Below are positions 59,350 to 64,000 of a stretch of 64,000 bases of DNA, piece by piece. The translations under genes were made by a program, and so were the position numbers. A model generated the notes under the pieces. That model had not been told where the DNA came from. It made no database searches and worked only from the letters and a program-made list of their open reading frames with translations. Source of the stretch: a candidate division FCPU426 bacterium (GTDB lineage Bacteria; Oederibacteriota; Muellerivitia; Muellerivitales; Muellerivitaceae); contig CAVTWJ010000013.1 of assembly GCA_963738405.1 (NCBI GenBank), forward strand, positions 31,766-95,765, read 5' to 3'. How positions within the stretch are numbered: position 1 is the first letter of the stretch; every line of letters begins with the position of its first letter.

Positions 59350-62300
59350 TTGCGTAATCTGTTAAAAACGTTATCAGCCCCCCGAAGAAGCATAGGATTC
59401 AGCTTACTCCTATTGGCTGTCGTTACAGGCATGCTTTGGCCCAACAACTTGTGGGCCGCACCGCAAACCTTGACGGTTTCAGGAAACAAGGTCATTGCCA
59501 GCAGTGGCTGTCCTGTCACCTTGCGGGGTGTGGATATCGACAGTATGGAATGGTGGGACGGTGGCAGTAACCCTCCGGGGGAAGGGCCGCCTAATGGTAG
59601 CGGTGGAAGTATTCTCCAGTCGGTTCAAGCGGCGGTAACCGCTTGGCATGCCAACATCATACGGTTGCCTCTCAACCAAGATTTTTGGTTTGGCTGTGGC
59701 GGTGCGGGAATGGCCACCTACCAAAACACGGTCAACAATATCGTAACTTATTGCTCGGGTCAGAATGTTTATGTCCTTTTGGATTTGCATTGGTCGGGAA
59801 CCTACGGTCCTACGTCCACTTCTCCATCTACCACGCCCTGCTCCGGTGCGGGCTGGGGCACTGCCACGGGACAACAGCCCATGGCGGACGTCAATGCGGT
59901 GACCTTTTGGAGTGCCGTTGCGGGAATCTATAAAAACAATTCCGCGGTTTTATTCGACCTTTATAACGAGCCTTACGACAACAATAACGATAACCTTGGC
60001 CCGCCGGTCGTAACCGACACCGCCGGTTATTCCAAATGGCTTAGCGGGGGAGTGCTTTCTGGAAATTCCTTTTCCACCCCGGGAATGCAGGTTCTTTTAA
60101 ATACGGTGCGATCAACCGGGGCTAATAATGTTTGCCTATTGGGTGGCCTTCATTGGTGCGCTAACTTAAACGGGCTTCCCGCGGCATCGGTGACCAATAC
60201 GGGAAACGGCATCATGTTCGCGATCCACATTTATGGTTCTAACGACGGGACCTCAGCGGTTAGCTGGATCGCAGAGGTGCCCAGTGCCATCCTCAACAAT
60301 TATCCTGTTTTTGCAGGAGAATATGGCCCCTCCACCAGTTGTAATTCCGATAATGCAACCTATGACAGCAACTGGTTTACCTACCTATCTGGAACCAGCG
60401 GATTGGTGGGCGGAACCGCATGGTCTTTTACGACTAACTCCTGCCCAAATTTATTAAACAGTTACAACCCTATTTCAGCTACTTCTTGGGGACAAGCTGT
60501 TTCAACTTTTATGTTAACACCCGTGCCGACCTGTTCCGGCGGGGGAGGGAATACCCCCACCTTTACGCCCACCCCAACCCACACTTTGACCCCTACGCCA
60601 ACCTTAACGATTACATTTACCCAGACGAAAACAAATACGCCCTCTATGACCCAAACCTATACTCCCAGCCCCACCCCAACGGCCACTCGAACCTCGACCT
60701 CCACGAACACTCCCAATTCAACCGCTACTTCGACTGTAACATCGACCGCAACCACCACCGTTTCCTCAACCGTCACCCGGACCGCCACTCCCACTCAAAC
60801 CAAAACATCAACGCCGACTTACACAGCTACATCGACAACCACATCGACTTTGACTTCGACGACCACGACCACTCGAACACAAACAACCACTTGGACTCCT
60901 ACTGTGACCGGCACCTCAACGACAACCTCCACGCCCACTTCTACCTCTCAATTTACATCCACTTTTACGAGTACTTTCACCCGCACTGCCACTGCGACAC
61001 AAACATCAACCACTACCCCATCTTCGACGGCCACCCGCACCTTGACTGTGACGACTACCCCTACGATGACCAACACAACTACCCCCACCCGGACCCAAAC
61101 AACCACATCCACCCCGACCGTGACGGGTACACCCACCCAAACTCCCCAATTTAGCTATACCACCACCTATACCTTGACGGTCACACCGACGGCTACGGCT
61201 ACCCATACGTCCACGGTAACCTCCACTTCAACCATGACCGTAACGCCCACAATTACGCGGACCCATACCCCAACCTCAACAGTAACTTCGACTTCCACTG
61301 TGACGGCGACCCCAACGATGACTACAACCCCGACGATCACCCGGACTCCAACGACCAGTTCCACCCCAACCATGACGGGCACTCCCACACAAACGCCCCA
61401 ATTTAGTTACACCACGACCCATACTCTGACGGTCACGTCAACTGCTACGACCACCCATACCTTGACAGTAACCGCCACGCCGACATTGACCTCAACGCCA
61501 ACGACTACGCCGACACATACCCAAACCTTTACCTCCACCGTGACAGGCACTCCCACCCAGACCGCTCAATTTAGCTTCACCTCCACTAATACCCCGTCTT
61601 TCACCCCAACCTCGACGGTGACTAGAACCTCCACCTCTACTTCCACAGCCACTTGGACGGGAACCTATACGCCTTCTTTGACGGCAACACCCACGCCGCC
61701 CGTGATTCAATTGTCTGTCGGCGGTTCAAATCCTTCCGGTGCGGTTGTGCTTTCGGGCTCTTCGAATGTGCCGGTACTCCAAATTCAATTCACGAATACC
61801 ACTGCGACGCCCGTAACCATTACTAGCTTGCAGGTGCCGGTATCGGGAAGTGTTGGAGTGGTCAGCGTATCCTTGACCAACGGTACCTCGGTATTGGGAA
61901 CGGGAACGCCCTCGGGAGGAACGGCGGTTATTACCCCCTCAACGCCCATTTATCTTGGGCCCAACCAAACTGGGGTTTACTACCTAATTGTGAGCTTTAC
62001 GCCTACGGCCAGCGGTAATTTTAATGTTTCATTAGGTTCTACGAACGTCACGGCCGTTTTTTCAAATGGTTCGGCGAATTTGACAGGTTCGGCGGCTAGT
62101 AATACCTTCGTTGTAGAACAAGCCACAAGCACCCCACTTCCGACCGCGACAGAAACGATTACGCCAACCCTAACCCCCGTCACACAAGTCGTGATTTCGG
62201 CACCCTATCCCAACCCATCCGAAGGCGGGCCCGTGGTGATTTCAGTGGGTCTGCCGGGACCGGCTCATATCAAATGGGCCATCTACACCCTATCTTTCCG

Positions 62301-62469
62301 TAAAATATTGGAAGGGGAACAGGATCAAAACGTTTCAACCCAGCTTAATTGGGATTTAGTGGATAAAGCCGGACGAAGGGTGTCGAACGGCATCTACTAT
62401 TGGGTTATCCAAGTCTCGGAAAACGGGTCTTCGACTCGAAAGGTCAACAAGGTTCTCGTCCTAAGATAG
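59350..62469 (+). CDS. GH5 glycoside hydrolase, long Thr-rich stalk, Ig-like domain and T9SS-like C-terminal domain
   Basis: LRGV, NIIRLPL, LLDLHW, LFDLYNEP (acid/base), IHIY and FAGEYG (nucleophile); PYPNP..NGIYY..KVLVLR. TTG 59350 has an AGAGG RBS; the ORF opens at 59293. Confidence 0.92.
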   Translation: MRNLLKTLSAPRRSIGFSLLLLAVVTGMLWPNNLWAAPQTLTVSGNKVIASSGCPVTLRGVDIDSMEWWDGGSNPPGEGPPNGSGGSILQSVQAAVTAWHANIIRLPLNQDFWFGCGGAGMATYQNTVNNIVTYCSGQNVYVLLDLHWSGTYGPTSTSPSTTPCSGAGWGTATGQQPMADVNAVTFWSAVAGIYKNNSAVLFDLYNEPYDNNNDNLGPPVVTDTAGYSKWLSGGVLSGNSFSTPGMQVLLNTVRSTGANNVCLLGGLHWCANLNGLPAASVTNTGNGIMFAIHIYGSNDGTSAVSWIAEVPSAILNNYPVFAGEYGPSTSCNSDNATYDSNWFTYLSGTSGLVGGTAWSFTTNSCPNLLNSYNPISATSWGQAVSTFMLTPVPTCSGGGGNTPTFTPTPTHTLTPTPTLTITFTQTKTNTPSMTQTYTPSPTPTATRTSTSTNTPNSTATSTVTSTATTTVSSTVTRTATPTQTKTSTPTYTATSTTTSTLTSTTTTTRTQTTTWTPTVTGTSTTTSTPTSTSQFTSTFTSTFTRTATATQTSTTTPSSTATRTLTVTTTPTMTNTTTPTRTQTTTSTPTVTGTPTQTPQFSYTTTYTLTVTPTATATHTSTVTSTSTMTVTPTITRTHTPTSTVTSTSTVTATPTMTTTPTITRTPTTSSTPTMTGTPTQTPQFSYTTTHTLTVTSTATTTHTLTVTATPTLTSTPTTTPTHTQTFTSTVTGTPTQTAQFSFTSTNTPSFTPTSTVTRTSTSTSTATWTGTYTPSLTATPTPPVIQLSVGGSNPSGAVVLSGSSNVPVLQIQFTNTTATPVTITSLQVPVSGSVGVVSVSLTNGTSVLGTGTPSGGTAVITPSTPIYLGPNQTGVYYLIVSFTPTASGNFNVSLGSTNVTAVFSNGSANLTGSAASNTFVVEQATSTPLPTATETITPTLTPVTQVVISAPYPNPSEGGPVVISVGLPGPAHIKWAIYTLSFRKILEGEQDQNVSTQLNWDLVDKAGRRVSNGIYYWVIQVSENGSSTRKVNKVLVLR

Positions 62470-62542
62470 GCGCTGTTGATACCCATGAAAAGCTTCTCCC
62501 GCCTATAATGGCTCATCCTTTTGGTCTGAAGGGGAGGAGCCT

Positions 62543-63175
62543 ATGGCTAAGGAAACAACGAACCCGTCTTTTACCCCGCCGCCATTCTCGCGTTTCATCC
62601 TTTGGGAAATATTAGGAATCGTGGGGTTTCTCCACATTCTTCAATACGCGCCCGCAAACGATCCCACGCCCCTTTATTTTCTCGCGAACGCTTTGGTTTT
62701 TATTCTTCTTTATCCTGTTTTGTATTTTTACAAACAGCTTCAAATGCCTCAGGTTTTGAGGATTATCATCTCGCCCTTGAGCATCGCCCTGAGGCTTGTC
62801 CTGATGGTTTCCTGCTATTTTTGGATTACCTATGTCCTCTATGCGACCGGGTTTAGTTTGGGGGCCGCTTCCTGTTTTTCCATTTTCAGGGACGATTACA
62901 TGTTTTTAGGCCCCTTTTACGTGATGGATTATTTATTTTTCGTGGAGCACCTTTGGGGCGTGGGGAAGGACAACCTTACCTTTTGGAGGGCCGTGGGAAT
63001 GATTTCGGACGCCGTGAGCGGTGTTGTTGGGGGTTTCTATCTGGGGCGGATATTGAACACCAAATGGGGTATGTTCTTCGGTGACTCTGAAACCCAAGGT
63101 GTGATTTGGATTGTTTTTATTCTGATCGGAATTGCCGCAGTGGTTTGGTTCAACAACAAGACCCGCCAGGGATGA
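62543..63175 (+). CDS. Hypothetical integral membrane protein
   Basis: GGAGGAG RBS and about six TM segments. Confidence 0.75.
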   Translation: MAKETTNPSFTPPPFSRFILWEILGIVGFLHILQYAPANDPTPLYFLANALVFILLYPVLYFYKQLQMPQVLRIIISPLSIALRLVLMVSCYFWITYVLYATGFSLGAASCFSIFRDDYMFLGPFYVMDYLFFVEHLWGVGKDNLTFWRAVGMISDAVSGVVGGFYLGRILNTKWGMFFGDSETQGVIWIVFILIGIAAVVWFNNKTRQG

Positions 63176-63246
63176 CCCGTCCACCACGACTGGGTACAGC
63201 TTCTTAATTTTCCTGTACCCTTCGATCCGGGTGTTATCCTGCACCC

Positions 63247-64000
63247 ATGGAAAACTACGATGTCATTGTCCTTGGTGGAGGGGCTGCGGGCCTTTTCTGC
63301 GCCTCCGAAGCTGCCGCCCGGGGGCGCCGGGTGCTGGTTCTCGAGCAAGGGCGACGCCCGGCCCCTAAGATCCTCGTTTCAGGCGGGGGCCGCTGCAATT
63401 TCACCAATCTGCATGTAACCCCCGCCCATTATGTCAGTTCGAATCCCGCGTTTGTGCGGGACGCTCTCTCCCGTTTTACCCCCAAAGATTTCATATCCCT
63501 GGTTCATGCCCGGTCCATTCCCTATCACGAAAAGAAAGATGGGCAGCTTTTTTGCGACAAGAGCGCCAAGGCCATCATTGATCTTCTGGTCTCCCGGGCT
63601 GAGGAAAGGGGGGTGAAGATCCTCCTGGATCAACAAGTGGGGGAAGTGCGCCATTCGGAAGGCGTTTTTTGGGTCCAAACGGGAACGGATACCTATTCGG
63701 CTTCCCGGTTGGTGGTCGCGACCGGAGGTTTGTCCTGGCCTCAATTGGGCGCCACGGATCTGGGCTACAAAATCGCCCGTCAATTCGGACACGAAATCGT
63801 GGAACCCTCGCCCGCCCTGGTGGGGCTTACCTTTCCGCCGAGGGAAATGGAACGATTCAAGGACCTAGCCGGAATACACCTTCGTGTGGGGGTTTCCTGT
63901 GGCGACTGGAACCTGACAGATGACTTGATGATCACCCATAAGGGCTTGAGTGGTCCGGTCATGCTGAACGCCTCCCTCTACTGGGAACAACCAAATGCGT
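63247..64000 (+). CDS. HI0933/BaiN-family FAD-dependent oxidoreductase, truncated at the window edge
   Basis: MENYDVIVLGGGAAGL..KILVSGGGRCNFTN, VATGGLSWPQLGA and THKGLSGP. Confidence 0.92.
   Translation, partial: MENYDVIVLGGGAAGLFCASEAAARGRRVLVLEQGRRPAPKILVSGGGRCNFTNLHVTPAHYVSSNPAFVRDALSRFTPKDFISLVHARSIPYHEKKDGQLFCDKSAKAIIDLLVSRAEERGVKILLDQQVGEVRHSEGVFWVQTGTDTYSASRLVVATGGLSWPQLGATDLGYKIARQFGHEIVEPSPALVGLTFPPREMERFKDLAGIHLRVGVSCGDWNLTDDLMITHKGLSGPVMLNASLYWEQPNA

Overview
A gene-dense bacterial chromosomal window from a diderm organism. It holds five long secreted proteins with Thr/Pro-rich stalks and FlgD/T9SS-type C-terminal domains; this style suggests an FCPU426/Goldbacteria-like candidate lineage (inference only). 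Contents in order: (i) a truncated stalk protein, a DsbD-N/redoxin pair, otsB and a quinone reductase, two small ORFs and a TPR-barrel protein; (ii) a coupled locus of cargo protein, PorV-like/TPR protein, histidine kinase, OmpR regulator and a giant cargo protein; (iii) an M16 peptidase pair, tRNA-Glu(CTC) and a frameshifted GT-C/TPR-like gene; (iv) an ArsR- and HTH-EIIA-led Ehr/Hyf-type membrane complex whose large subunit lacks the NiFe cysteines, with a poly-G frameshift in hyfF; (v) TAXI, GAF-GGDEF, an orphan vapB and hypotheticals, gltA, GH9 and adk; (vi) an acyl-CoA dehydrogenase-FixCX-EtfBA operon; (vii) an ECF sigma/NrsF pair and a cupredoxin plus monoheme cytochrome-porin operon; (viii) GH5 and a truncated HI0933 flavoprotein. 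The best candidate for an undescribed system is the Cyc2-like cytochrome-porin plus Cys-loop blue copper lipoprotein operon. It carries the same promoter motif (GGTAACTTCG-N11-CCTCTA) as the nearby ECF/NrsF genes. The T9SS-like export and sensing locus is the second candidate. No CRISPR array, rRNA, integrase or transposase was seen. All family calls come from reading motifs by eye, without database searches.
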